Made by a program: the position numbers and the translations under genes. A DNA stretch of 64,000 nucleotides, from assembly GCA_963728205.1 (NCBI GenBank), contig CAVSIV010000002.1:288001-352000 (forward strand), written 5' to 3'. The notes beneath the pieces are model-generated. The model ran no database searches and was not told the origin of the DNA. It saw only the letters and a list, made by a program, of their open reading frames with translations. Below are positions 9,711 through 19,747 of this stretch, piece after piece. Source of the stretch: an uncultured Chloroflexia bacterium (GTDB taxonomy: Bacteria > Chloroflexota > Dehalococcoidia > UBA2979). Each line of letters starts with the position of its first letter. Positions within the stretch are counted from its first letter, which is position 1.

Positions 9711-11198
9711 GTGAGCCGCACCCGCATCGCCGCTCTTGCCGCCCTCGCCTGCGTTGCCACAATCGCCGCCCTGGTGCTCGCCGGGTGCGGCCCCTCCGCC
9801 GGAGCGTCCACCCCCTACGCCTCCCACGCGACGGTCAACGACCCGGCGCTCGCGACGCCGCCCCTGCAGCTCATCGACGACACGGGCGCAGCGTTCGACC
9901 TCGCATCCCTGCACGGGAAGGTGGTCGCGCTCTTCTTCGGCTACACGTCATGCCCCGACGTCTGCCCCCTGACGCTGGGCGAGCTCGCCGCCGCCCGGCG
10001 CGCGCTTCCCGCGTCGGTTCGTGACGCGTTCCAGGTCGTCTTCGTCACCGTCGACCCGGAGCGCGACACCCCGGCGCGGCTGGACGCGTACCTGTCGAAG
10101 TTCGACCCCAGCTTCATCGGGTTGTCCGGCCCACCCGCCGACGTCGAGGCCGCGCTCGCGGCCTGGGGCGTGCAGCACCAGCGCGTGGACGTCCAGCCGG
10201 ACGGCTCGTACGCCATGTCGCATCCCTCGACGATCCTCGTGCTCGATCGCACCGGCCGCTGGGCGCTGACGTCGCACTCACAGACGCCGCCCGCCGACCT
10301 GGCGGCGGACGTCGACCACCTGCTCGCGCAGCCGGCGGTGGCAAGCGCGGCGGCGCAGGCCGCGGCCGCCGCGGCGGCCGCACACGTCGTCCCGAGTCCG
10401 CCCACCGCGACGCCGGGCGCCCGCACGCCGTCGCGCGCGGTCGCCGCCGGCGGTCGTCCGTCGACGCTGTTCTTCGCCTATCCCGACGGCAGCGTCGTGC
10501 GCGTCGCGCCGGGAGACGGCGGCACCGAGACGGTGCTTCCCGACTACGCGACGCAGCCGCCTCCGGATGACAGCGAGGGCGGCACGCTCCGCGCTCGCGA
10601 GGTCGCCTACGACCCGGTGACGGACCGCCTCTGGTACGCGGAGTCACACGACGCGGTGCACTCGGTCGACCTCGCCACGGGAGAGCCCGGACCGTCGCTC
10701 ACCGGCTTCGGCGACGTCGGCATCGTCGGTTGCAGCATCCTGGGGAACGCCCGCGCCATGGCAATCGACGTTGCGCGGCGGCGGCTCCTGCTGCCGCAGC
10801 TGACGGGCGCGGTGCTGATCTACGACCTCGACACGTTGAAGCTCGTCGGCGGCATCGGCCCCGGGACCTTCGGCGACATCGTGCTCGGCGGGTTCCGGCA
10901 CCTGGCGATCGACCCGTCGACCGGCCGCCTGTGGTGGGCGGCGGCGAATGGCGACTTTGTCGAATACGACCTCGACCGTGGGGCGCGCACCGGACGGGTC
11001 GTGCACACGGACGTCCGGGCGCACACGCTCGGGAACGCGTTCCGTGGCCTGCAGGTCGACCCGGCTCGTAACCTGCTGCTCTACCAGACGGGGCCGGGCC
11101 GCCTGGCCGCCGTCGACCTGTCGACGCTCGCGCCCGCGCCGCTCCAGGCGCCGGCCTCAGGGTTCGGCCACTTCGCGCTCGCCGTGGCCGCGCCCTGA
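9711..11198 (+). CDS. SCO1/SenC copper chaperone lipoprotein fused to a C-terminal beta-propeller-like domain
   Basis: LAGC lipobox; FGYTSCPDVCP, VTVDPERD, MSH; Ala/Pro linker, then repeated blades (VAYDPVTDRLWY, MAIDVARRRL, LAIDPSTGRLWW, LQVDPARNLL). Confidence 0.82.
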   Translation: MSRTRIAALAALACVATIAALVLAGCGPSAGASTPYASHATVNDPALATPPLQLIDDTGAAFDLASLHGKVVALFFGYTSCPDVCPLTLGELAAARRALPASVRDAFQVVFVTVDPERDTPARLDAYLSKFDPSFIGLSGPPADVEAALAAWGVQHQRVDVQPDGSYAMSHPSTILVLDRTGRWALTSHSQTPPADLAADVDHLLAQPAVASAAAQAAAAAAAAHVVPSPPTATPGARTPSRAVAAGGRPSTLFFAYPDGSVVRVAPGDGGTETVLPDYATQPPPDDSEGGTLRAREVAYDPVTDRLWYAESHDAVHSVDLATGEPGPSLTGFGDVGIVGCSILGNARAMAIDVARRRLLLPQLTGAVLIYDLDTLKLVGGIGPGTFGDIVLGGFRHLAIDPSTGRLWWAAANGDFVEYDLDRGARTGRVVHTDVRAHTLGNAFRGLQVDPARNLLLYQTGPGRLAAVDLSTLAPAPLQAPASGFGHFALAVAAP

Positions 11199-11224
11199 AT
11201 CTGCGCTTGCACGCCAGGTCCCGG

Positions 11225-11261
11225 GACCCGAAGGTCCTAGGACTTTTGGGACCTCAGACCC
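11225..11261. promoter_or_regulatory. tandem DosR-box-like sites upstream of the dosS/dosR-like operon (autoregulation candidate)
   Basis: GGGACCTCAGACCC (11248-11261) fits GGGAC-N4-GNCCC exactly; 11225-11238 reverse complement is AGGACCTTCGGGTC, 23 bp upstream. Confidence 0.55.
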
Positions 11262-11315
11262 TCTCGACGCGGCTCCTCATCCGCGAGCATGCGATGCATG
11301 AGAGTGCAGGTGTCG

Positions 11316-12929
11316 ATGACGGAGGGCGAATCGAGTGCGGACGAGGGGCCGCTGAGGCCGCGTGCCGGGTTCGATCCGCTGACGGGCCGGATGCAGGAGA
11401 TCCTGCTCCGGGTCACCCAGCTTGCACCGCTGGAGGACGTCGCCCACCGGCTCGCGGAGGCGGCCCGTGAGCTGACGCAGGCGGACTACGCCGCGCTCGG
11501 GCTGTACGACGCGACCGGCCACCTCGACCACTTCTTCACCGACGGCATGACGCCCGAGCAGCACGAGGAGATGCGACGCGGGCATCCGCCCGTCGGCCGC
11601 GGCCTGCTCGGCGAGTTCGGGCGCGGCCGGCCGCTGATCAACACGGCAAGCGCCGCGCACCACCCTGCCTTCAGCGGATTCCCCGGCGATCACCCCGCGA
11701 TGGGGCCGTTCCTCGGCGTGCCCGTCGTCTACGGGCACCGCGTGCTCGGCGCGTTCTACGTCACGAAGCAGCCCGGCCGCTCCCCGTTCACGACGACGGA
11801 TGAGGGCTTCCTGCAGGGACTCGCGCCGTACGCCGCAATGGCGATGTCGAACGCGCTCGTCCTCGAGGACGAGCGGCGTCGCGCCGACATCGCGGCCGCA
11901 CTCGCGGAGTGCTCCGAGACCTGCCACTCGACCGAGGACGTGAGGGAGATCGGCGCCGCCGTGGACGCCACGCTCGGCGAGGTGTTTCCGGACTGCGATC
12001 ACGCGGTCATCCAGGTCGACCGCGCCTACGAGCCCGCGGTGCGCGTCTCGCCGGCCGACTCGCCGCTCGGGATCGTGGTCCAGGAGCTCGCCATCGAGAC
12101 GCTCCCGGCCGGCGAGCACCGCTTCGCCGGCCTCCTGGGCGGCCGCGACGTCATCGTGAACACGAGCGCGCGCGACGCCTCGATCGAGGTGGCGATCGCC
12201 GTGCGCGCCGGTACCTCGCTCTCCGACGGCGAGCACGAGGCGCTCGCCCGCCTCAGCGAGATGGCGACCGCCGCCACCGCGGCGGTCCGCCGCCGCGAGG
12301 CGGAGACCATGCTCGAGCGGTACGCCATCCGCGACGCCGTCGCGCGCGACCTGCACGACGACCTCATCCAGTCGATCTACGCAATCGGCCTCGGGCTGCG
12401 CACGACCACCGACGACCCCGAGGTGCTGCGCGACCACATCCTGACCGCGACCCACGACCTGAACGAGGTCATCCGCGACCTCCGCGCGTATATCTCGCAG
12501 CTGAGCAAGGGCACGGAGGCGCTGACGTCGAGCGGCCTGCTGACGGCGCGCATCGAGGGGCTGCTGCGCGGCCAGGCGGTCCCCGCGTGGGAATACGACA
12601 TCGACTTCGACGACGTCTCGGTGGAGGCCACCACCGCGCGGCAGCTCTACCTGATCATCCGCGAGGCCGTGTCGAACGTGCACCGGCATGCCTCCGCGAC
12701 GAAGGCGTCCATGACGCTGAGCCGCGAAGGGGACGAATTGCGGATGGAAATCCGGGACGATGGCGTAGGCTTCGATCGGCAGGCCGTCCCGGAAGGGACG
12801 GTCGGGCTCAGGAGCCTCGAAGAGCGCGTGGCGGATCTCGGTGGTTCACTGATGATCGAGACCGCGCCCGGGGCGGGGACCCGGCTCGTGGCCACGTTCC
12901 CCGTGGAAGAAGGACAAGATGGTCGCTAA
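11316..12929 (+). CDS. DosS/DosT-like GAF (heme) sensor histidine kinase, HisKA_3
   Basis: GAF motif FSGFPGDHPAMGPFLGVPV plus LGAFYVT; H-box ARDLHDDLIQ; REAVSNVHRHA and DDGVGF. Start uncertain (11289, 11298 or 11316). Confidence 0.88.
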   Translation: MTEGESSADEGPLRPRAGFDPLTGRMQEILLRVTQLAPLEDVAHRLAEAARELTQADYAALGLYDATGHLDHFFTDGMTPEQHEEMRRGHPPVGRGLLGEFGRGRPLINTASAAHHPAFSGFPGDHPAMGPFLGVPVVYGHRVLGAFYVTKQPGRSPFTTTDEGFLQGLAPYAAMAMSNALVLEDERRRADIAAALAECSETCHSTEDVREIGAAVDATLGEVFPDCDHAVIQVDRAYEPAVRVSPADSPLGIVVQELAIETLPAGEHRFAGLLGGRDVIVNTSARDASIEVAIAVRAGTSLSDGEHEALARLSEMATAATAAVRRREAETMLERYAIRDAVARDLHDDLIQSIYAIGLGLRTTTDDPEVLRDHILTATHDLNEVIRDLRAYISQLSKGTEALTSSGLLTARIEGLLRGQAVPAWEYDIDFDDVSVEATTARQLYLIIREAVSNVHRHASATKASMTLSREGDELRMEIRDDGVGFDRQAVPEGTVGLRSLEERVADLGGSLMIETAPGAGTRLVATFPVEEGQDGR

Positions 12930-13587
12930 CGAGAAGCGCGCGTTTCGGGTCCTGCTGGTGGACGATCACCAGATCGTCCGCCGCGGCCTGCGCACCGTGC
13001 TCGAGGAGCGCGGCCGGCTCTCCGTGATCGGCGAGGCCGGCACGGTGAAGGACGCGGTCCGCGAGGCCGCCCGCCTGCAGCCGGACGTGATCGTGATGGA
13101 CCTGCGCCTGCCCGACGGCACCGGCATCGAGGCCTGCCGCGAGATCCGCAGCACCGACCCCAACGCGAAGGTCGTGATCCTCACCTCGTTCGCCGACGAG
13201 GACGCGCTGTTCTCCGCGGTGATGGCCGGCGCGGCCGGCTACGTGCTCAAGGATCTCGACCCGTCAATGCTGCAGGACTCGCTCGTCACCGTCGCGCAGG
13301 GCGGCTCGCTGCTCGACCCGAAGATGACGACGCACGTGCTCGAGCGGCTCCGCCGCGGCCAGGGATCGCACCCGGCCGACGACCCGTTCTCGACGCTGAC
13401 GCCGCAGGAGGATCGCATCCTCACGATGATCGGCGACGGCCTCACCAACCGTGAGATCGCCGATCGGCTGTCGCTCACCGAGAAGACGGTGAAGAACTAC
13501 GTGTCGCAGATCTACTCGAAGCTGCACGTGGAGCGCCGACCGCAGGCGGCTCGCCTGGCGACCGAGCGGCGGATGCGCAAGCAGTAG
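12919..13587 (+). CDS. DosR/DevR-like NarL-family response regulator
   Basis: LVDDHQIVRRGL, DLRLPDGTGIE, ILTSF, AGAAGYVLKD, LTNREIADRL and EKTVKNYVS (same recognition-helix string as mycobacterial DosR, from recall). Confidence 0.92.
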   Translation: MVANEKRAFRVLLVDDHQIVRRGLRTVLEERGRLSVIGEAGTVKDAVREAARLQPDVIVMDLRLPDGTGIEACREIRSTDPNAKVVILTSFADEDALFSAVMAGAAGYVLKDLDPSMLQDSLVTVAQGGSLLDPKMTTHVLERLRRGQGSHPADDPFSTLTPQEDRILTMIGDGLTNREIADRLSLTEKTVKNYVSQIYSKLHVERRPQAARLATERRMRKQ

Positions 13588-13814
13588 CCGCGAGGTCCCT
13601 CGGCAAGCGGCATGAGGTACGCCGCCGATGGTCCGCGGCCCGGCGGCTGCGCCGGTGTCGGCGACCCATCCGCAGCCGCTTGCCACGAGCGCGGATCCCG
13701 CTGCACATATGGCGCATCGGCCCTAGCCTATAGTGACGCGGTGGCGTTCCCTGAACGGCATCGCTCACAGCGCACTGTCCTTGACGGCGGGGGATGCCGA
13801 AGGACTGCGGACCC

Positions 13815-14561
13815 ATGGGATCCGACCGTCGCAGCGGGGCCGCGACCCCGCACCGGTGGCGACTCGCACTGGTCGTCGCCAGTTCCGTTCTCGTGCTCGT
13901 CGTCGTCGCGTTCCTGGCCATCGGGCCGGGGACGGTGGGCGGCGTCACCATCTCCCGCAGCCCGGGAACCGACGCGACCACGTCGGCGTCCGGCGCGGAG
14001 GCCGACGCCACACGCCCGTCCCAGGCCGACAGCATCAAGGATCTCGTCGCGCAGTACGGCGAGCCGCCCGACGCCACCTTCGCTCGCCTCAAGATCCCGA
14101 AGCTCGGCATCGACGCCGGCGTCTCCCCGCGTGTCGTCTCCGGGGCGGTGATGCCGACCCCGGACGGCCCGGAGAACATCGCGTGGTACGACATGTCGGC
14201 GTTCCCGGGCCTGGGCGGCGCCCCGGGTGCAGGACATAACGCCATCTTTGGGGCGCACGTCGACTTCAACAACCACGTCGACTACGCGGACCGGCACTTC
14301 ATCGGGCCCGCGATCTTCTTCCACCTCAACGTGCTCGTCCCGGGCGACATCATCGAGGTCGACTACCAGGGGCAGGTCCTCAAGTACCAGGTCACGTGGG
14401 CGAAGAAGTATCCCAGCGACTGGTCCGACTGGGCTTCCATCTGGAGCGGCGATGTGAAGGTCGACTCGATCACGCTGTTCACGTGCGGCGGGACGTTCGA
14501 CTACGACTCGCATTCGTACTCGGACCGGTTCGTCGTCCGCGCGGAGCGCGTCTCCTCGTAG
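13815..14561 (+). CDS. class F sortase
   Basis: N-terminal TM; LKIPKLGIDA, GAHVD, ITLFTCGGTFD...RFVVRA (His-Cys-Arg triad). Confidence 0.85.
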   Translation: MGSDRRSGAATPHRWRLALVVASSVLVLVVVAFLAIGPGTVGGVTISRSPGTDATTSASGAEADATRPSQADSIKDLVAQYGEPPDATFARLKIPKLGIDAGVSPRVVSGAVMPTPDGPENIAWYDMSAFPGLGGAPGAGHNAIFGAHVDFNNHVDYADRHFIGPAIFFHLNVLVPGDIIEVDYQGQVLKYQVTWAKKYPSDWSDWASIWSGDVKVDSITLFTCGGTFDYDSHSYSDRFVVRAERVSS

Positions 14562-14576
14562 GGGGCGCGGTGCGTG

Positions 14577-16493
14577 TCAGTTGCCCGCGCCGGCGGTGGG
14601 CGACGGCGTCGGCGCGGGGGTCTCGCCGCCGTTGACCTCGGTGACCTGGATCAGCCGGAGCGTGACGTCCAGCGGCTGGCCCATGCTGTCCTCCATGCCG
14701 CGCTCCACCGCGCGCGCCTGGTCGGGCGACAGCGGCGCCGGCGTCTCGAGCTCGACGGTGACGTGCAGCGTGCCGTCCGCGGTGTGGTCGAGCACGAAGC
14801 CGGTCGAGCGGAGCCCCGGCACGGCCGCCACGCCGGCCTTCACCGCCGCCTTCGCGGCCGCCTCGGTCCGCGCGCTCTGCAGCGAGCTCGCGGTGAGCCA
14901 GGTCAGCGGGACTGACACGGCGATCACGAGCAGCGCGATGGCGGTGAATCCGCGACTGAAGACGCGCAGGCGCAGCGCATGCTGCGGCTCCGGCCGGTAG
15001 CCGACCAGCAGGAACACGAGGCCGGCCGCCGCGGCGATTGAGACGAGGTTCGCCATGAAGAGGAGCCCCGCGCCGCCGCCGACCGAGGGGTCGCGCAGAG
15101 CGACGCCGAGGCCGATCGCCGCCAGCGGCGGCACGAGCGCGGCCGCGATCGCCACGCCCGGGAGCGACGCCGAGAGGTGCTCGCGGCTGAGCGCGAACGC
15201 GCCGGCCGCGCCGGCCGCGAAGGCGACGCCGAGGTCGAGCAGCGACGGGCTCGTCCGCGACGCGATCTCGGCGGTGACGTCGGCGCCGGGGATCACCAGC
15301 CCGATCAGCGCACCCACCGCCACCGCGATCAGCGAGCCGCGCAGGACGCTGACCGCGCTCAGCCGCAGCAGTCGCACGTCGCCGTGCACGATGCCGAGCC
15401 CGAGCGCGATCACCGGCGACATCAGGGGCGCGACGAGCATGCCGCCGATCACGACCGCCGGGCTGTTCAGCAGCTCCCCCAGCGCGGCGATCGCCGCCGC
15501 CAGCGCGATCATCACGTTGAAGTCGACGTTTCCGCGCGACGCCGTGCGTACCGTGCGGTACGTCTCGACCTTCGACTCCTCGCTGGCCGCGGGGAACAGC
15601 GACAGCACGGCATCGGCGACGCGCCGCACGGCCGAGCGCGCGGGAGAGAGCCGTGGCTTCACGACGAGCACCGGCACTGTCGCCCGCCGTGCCACGCGCT
15701 CGGCGAAGCTGCCGAGCGCGAGCCGGTGGATGACACCCGACTCCGGGGTGCCGACGACGAGCAGGTCGACGTCGCCCGGCGACGCCGCCTGGAGGATGGC
15801 CGCGGCGTCGGTGCGCCCCTGCGCGAGGCGCGCGCTGCCACGAGCCGGGTCGGGGAGTGCCGCGACCGCCTCGTCGAGCCGCTCGAGGACGCCGTCGCGA
15901 TCGCCGTCCGACGGGGCGACGAACGCAATCGTGCCGTCGGCCGCCTCCGCGATCTCGGTTGCCACCTCGCGGGCGAGGGTGGCGCCGGTCTCGTCGGTGA
16001 CGGCGAGCATCACACGCCGGGGCACCGGCGCGGCGTCGCCGCGCGTGGCGAGCACGGCGATGTCGCATGGCAGGTCGAGCAGCAGGTCGCGCAGCGCGAG
16101 CTCGTCGCGCAGCAGCGAGCGCTCACGGCGCGGCGCCCAGGCGAACACGACGAGGGCCGGGTTCAGCTCGGCGACCGCCTCGCGCACCGTGCCCTGCAGG
16201 TTGTGACCGAGTCGCCGCTCGACGCGCACCGCGACGCCGGGGCCGGCGAGCACCTTCGTCAGCTCGGCGAGGCGTGCGTCGCGCCCCGCGTCGTCGGCCT
16301 CCTCGACGCCGGGGACCGTGTAGGCGGGCTGATCGAGGTCGAGGACGACGACGTCGGCCTCGCGGGCCCGCGCCAGGCTGCGCAGCACGGCGGCGCCGTC
16401 GCTCACGCGTGATCCGGCGAAGACGGGGACGAGGATCGTGACGCGCGAAGCGGCGGGCCCGCGGGCTGCGTCCTCGACGGCCGGCTCGGTCAT
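14577..16493 (-). CDS. two USP-like domains fused to a DUF389 membrane domain
   Basis: TILVPV...DLPCDIAVL and RRVMLAV...GSFAERVARRATVPVLVVK; DUF389 motifs SPAVVIGGMLVAPLMSP and LPGVAIAAALVPPL. Confidence 0.82.
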   Translation of the reverse strand: MTEPAVEDAARGPAASRVTILVPVFAGSRVSDGAAVLRSLARAREADVVVLDLDQPAYTVPGVEEADDAGRDARLAELTKVLAGPGVAVRVERRLGHNLQGTVREAVAELNPALVVFAWAPRRERSLLRDELALRDLLLDLPCDIAVLATRGDAAPVPRRVMLAVTDETGATLAREVATEIAEAADGTIAFVAPSDGDRDGVLERLDEAVAALPDPARGSARLAQGRTDAAAILQAASPGDVDLLVVGTPESGVIHRLALGSFAERVARRATVPVLVVKPRLSPARSAVRRVADAVLSLFPAASEESKVETYRTVRTASRGNVDFNVMIALAAAIAALGELLNSPAVVIGGMLVAPLMSPVIALGLGIVHGDVRLLRLSAVSVLRGSLIAVAVGALIGLVIPGADVTAEIASRTSPSLLDLGVAFAAGAAGAFALSREHLSASLPGVAIAAALVPPLAAIGLGVALRDPSVGGGAGLLFMANLVSIAAAAGLVFLLVGYRPEPQHALRLRVFSRGFTAIALLVIAVSVPLTWLTASSLQSARTEAAAKAAVKAGVAAVPGLRSTGFVLDHTADGTLHVTVELETPAPLSPDQARAVERGMEDSMGQPLDVTLRLIQVTEVNGGETPAPTPSPTAGAGN

Positions 16494-16523
16494 CGCACCT
16501 CGTACTATCACGCGGGCCCCGGT

Positions 16524-16587
16524 CGGCCGCTGGTCCAGCGTACGCACTTCGCGGCGCGCGTGGGACCGTCGGCGGGACCCCTGCCCC
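16524..16587. promoter_or_regulatory. DosR-box-like cluster upstream of USP-DUF389
   Basis: Reverse complement TGGACCAGCGGCCG (16524-16537), GGGACCGTCGGCGG (16562-16575), GGGACCCCTGCCCC (16574-16587). Confidence 0.4.
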
Positions 16588-16643
16588 GGGCCGGTGCGAT
16601 CGGTCCGCGCCGGCGAGACCGGGTGTTCCGCGGACGCCACGGC

Positions 16644-19600
16644 TCAGCCCTCCAGGCACTCCGCGAGCAACTCCGCGACGTGGCGCGGTCGGCGGGTGGT
16701 GAAGTGGCCGATCTGCTGGCGGCATGACACGCCGGTGATCAGGACGTCCGCGTCCGCCGGCGCAGCCTCCACGGCAGGGAAGAGCCTGAGCGCGCCCATC
16801 TGGCGCGAGACGTCGTAGTGCTCGACCTCGAACCCGAACGAGCCGGCCATGCCGCAGCAGGCGGCGTCGATCAGCTCGACCTGCAGATCTGGAACCAGCC
16901 GCAGCGCCTCGAGCGTGGGCTCCATGCCGGCGAGCGCCTTCTGGTGGCAGTGGCCGTGCAGCACCGCCCGCCGCGCGCCCCGCGAGCGGAAGACGCGCGC
17001 GGCCGCGGGCTCCTCGTGTGCCACGCGCGCCAGCAGCTCGTCGAGCAGCAGCGCCTGACGCGCCACCGCGCGCGCGGGCGCGCCGGGCAGCAGTTCCGGG
17101 TACTCGTCGCGCAGCGTCAGCAGGCACGACGGCTCCGTGCCGACGATGGGGACCCCGCGCTCGGCGTAGGGCCGCAGCCGCTCGACGTTCCGGCGCGCCC
17201 ACTCGCGCGCCGTCCGCAGCTGCCCCTTCGAGATCAGCGGCCGCCCGCAGCATCCGAGCCGCGGCACGAGCACGACGCGGTAGCCCAGCGCCTCGAGCAC
17301 GCGCGTCGCGGCACGGCCGACGTCCGGGTGGTACGCGTCGGTGAAGGTGTCGGCGAACAGCACAGCCTCGCCGCGCGGGGCGGGCGGCGCGGCGGCACCC
17401 TGCGCCCGCGCGTGGCGGCGGAACCATCGCCGGAACGGCCGGCGCGCGAACCGTGGCAGCGGGCGCGCCTCGTGGATGCCCAGCCGGCGATGCAGCGCGC
17501 GGCGCACCGGCGCCACGCGCGCGCCCGCGTTCAGCAGCACGACGAGCGGTCCGAGCGACGAGCCCAGCCGGCTCCACGTCCCGATGTGCCCGAAGAGGCG
17601 GTCGCGCAGCGGCAGGCCGTGTGCCTCGTGCACCTTCGTCATCACCTCGTACTTGAGCTTCGCCATGTCCACGCCCGACGGGCACTCCGCCTTGCAAGCC
17701 TTGCACTCCACGCACAGGTCGAGCGCGTCGACGACCTCGGGGCCCGTGAGCGCCTCGGCGGGGAGCACGCCGTTCAGCGCCTGGCGCAGCAGGTTCGCGC
17801 GGCCGCGCGTCGAGTGCTCCTCGTCGCGCGTCGCCATGTACGACGGGCACATCCCGCCGTCGTCCTTGCGGCACGCGCCCTGCCCGTTGCACTGCTCGGC
17901 CGCCCGCGCCAGCCCGCCGTCGGCGGTGAAGTCGAGGTACGTGCGCGGGTCGAGGTTGCGCGTCGCCGGGCCGAGCCGCAGGTTGTCGTCGAAGCGCGGT
18001 GTGTCGACGATCTTGCCCGGGTTGAGCAGCCCGTCCGGGTCGAAGAGGCGCTTGACGTCCCGGAACGCCTCGGTCAGCGCCGGGCCGAACATGCGCTCGG
18101 TGAACACGCCGCGCAGGATGCCGTCGCCGTGCTCGCCCGACAGCGACCCGCCGAACTCGAGCACGAGGTCCGCGATCTCGCCGGCGATGGCCTCGATGGT
18201 GCGCAGGCCGTCTTCGCGCTTGATGTTGACGAGCGGCCGGATGTGCAGGCAGCCCACCGACGCGTGGCCGTAGTAGGCGGCCGTCGTGCCGTGCGCGCGC
18301 ACGATCGCGTCGAAACGGTCGACGAAGTCCGCGAGCCGCGCGGGCTCGACGGCGGTGTCCTCGACGAACGCGATCGGCTTCGCGTCGCCGCGCACGCTCA
18401 TCAGCAGGCCGAGCCCCGCCTGGCGCATGCGCCAGATGCGCAGCTGCTCGCCGGCGTCGGTGGTCGGGTGCGCGTGGTAGCCGATGCCGCGGGCGCCCAT
18501 GTCCGCGACGAAGCGGTCGATGCGCGCCTGCACCTCGGCGCCGGTGTCGCCGGTGAACTCCACGATCAGCACCGCGCCGGGCCGGCCGCGCACGAACGCG
18601 ACGAGCGGCGCGAAGGCCGCGCTTGCCTGGCAGTGCTCGATGATGTCGCTGCCCACGAGCTCGATGGTGCCGGGCGCGTGCTCGAGGATCGGCAGCGTGG
18701 CCTCCGCCGCCGCGCGCACCGACTCGAAGTGCAGCACCGCGAGGCCCTTCGCCGCCGGCAGCGGTACGAGGCGCACGCGGGCCTCGGTCACGACGGCGAG
18801 CGTGCCCTCGGAGCCGACGATCATGCGCGAGAGATCCGTGACGCCCTCCGAGAGGAACTCGTCGAGGTTGTAGCCGGAGACGCGGCGCTGGATGCGCGGG
18901 AAGCGGGCGGCGATGTCGTCGCGGTGGGCGGCGGCGATGCGACGGACGCCGCGATAGAGGTCGCCCTCGAAGCCCGCCAGGTCGAGCTTCGCCTGCAGCG
19001 CCGGCCCGCTCAGCGCCGTGAAGGTCGCGCGCTCGCCGTCGGCGAGGACGACGTCGACGCTCAGCACCTGGTCGAGCGTCTTGCCGTAGAGCACGGAGTG
19101 CGAGCCGCACGAGTTGTTGCCGATGCCGCCGCCGATGGTCGCCCGGTTCGCGGTGGATGGGTCGACGGCGTACTGCAGCCCGTGTGGCCGCAGGGCGCGG
19201 TTCAGCGCGGCGAGCACGAGGCCTGGCTGCACGCGCGCCCAGCGCTCCTCGACGTTCACCTCCAGCACGCGGTCCATGTGGCGCGAGCAGTCGACGACGA
19301 TGGCGTGGTTCACGCCCTGCCCGGCGAGCGACGTCCCCGCGCCGCGCGGCAGGACCGGCACGCCGCGCCGTCCGGCCACGCGCACGACGTGCTGGATGTC
19401 CTCGACGGTGCGCGGGTAGACGACGGCGACCGGCTCCATCTCGTAGATGGACGCGTCGGTGGCGAACAGCAGGCGCGACGGGCGGTCGACGAGGACGTCG
19501 TCGCGCTCGCCGGCGAGCCCCGTGGCGAGCTCGTCCGCCAGCGCCTCGAGCGCGCTGTGCGGCCCGTGCAGGAGCCCGAGGGCTGCCTGCGTGCTGGACG

Positions 19601-19652
19601 CGGCCGGCGGCTCGTGGCCTTCGATGACGGTGCGGAGCGGGGGGCGTGTCAC
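16644..19652 (-). CDS. FAD-binding oxidoreductase with 4Fe-4S and CCG domains (GlcD/GlcF-type fusion, 2-hydroxyacid dehydrogenase-like)
   Basis: PRGAGTSLAGQ, GSEGTL, SGEHGDG, LNPGK, CNGQGAC, CVECKACKAECP, CCGRP and CCGMAG motifs. Confidence 0.9.
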   Translation of the reverse strand: MTRPPLRTVIEGHEPPAASSTQAALGLLHGPHSALEALADELATGLAGERDDVLVDRPSRLLFATDASIYEMEPVAVVYPRTVEDIQHVVRVAGRRGVPVLPRGAGTSLAGQGVNHAIVVDCSRHMDRVLEVNVEERWARVQPGLVLAALNRALRPHGLQYAVDPSTANRATIGGGIGNNSCGSHSVLYGKTLDQVLSVDVVLADGERATFTALSGPALQAKLDLAGFEGDLYRGVRRIAAAHRDDIAARFPRIQRRVSGYNLDEFLSEGVTDLSRMIVGSEGTLAVVTEARVRLVPLPAAKGLAVLHFESVRAAAEATLPILEHAPGTIELVGSDIIEHCQASAAFAPLVAFVRGRPGAVLIVEFTGDTGAEVQARIDRFVADMGARGIGYHAHPTTDAGEQLRIWRMRQAGLGLLMSVRGDAKPIAFVEDTAVEPARLADFVDRFDAIVRAHGTTAAYYGHASVGCLHIRPLVNIKREDGLRTIEAIAGEIADLVLEFGGSLSGEHGDGILRGVFTERMFGPALTEAFRDVKRLFDPDGLLNPGKIVDTPRFDDNLRLGPATRNLDPRTYLDFTADGGLARAAEQCNGQGACRKDDGGMCPSYMATRDEEHSTRGRANLLRQALNGVLPAEALTGPEVVDALDLCVECKACKAECPSGVDMAKLKYEVMTKVHEAHGLPLRDRLFGHIGTWSRLGSSLGPLVVLLNAGARVAPVRRALHRRLGIHEARPLPRFARRPFRRWFRRHARAQGAAAPPAPRGEAVLFADTFTDAYHPDVGRAATRVLEALGYRVVLVPRLGCCGRPLISKGQLRTAREWARRNVERLRPYAERGVPIVGTEPSCLLTLRDEYPELLPGAPARAVARQALLLDELLARVAHEEPAAARVFRSRGARRAVLHGHCHQKALAGMEPTLEALRLVPDLQVELIDAACCGMAGSFGFEVEHYDVSRQMGALRLFPAVEAAPADADVLITGVSCRQQIGHFTTRRPRHVAELLAECLEG

Positions 19653-19747
19653 GCGCGGGAGCGTAGCACCGTGGTTCGACTTCGCTCACCACGAACGGTT
19701 CGGGAGTGGCGGCCCGGGCGCGCGCGGGCCCTGCTCACCCGGGACGC

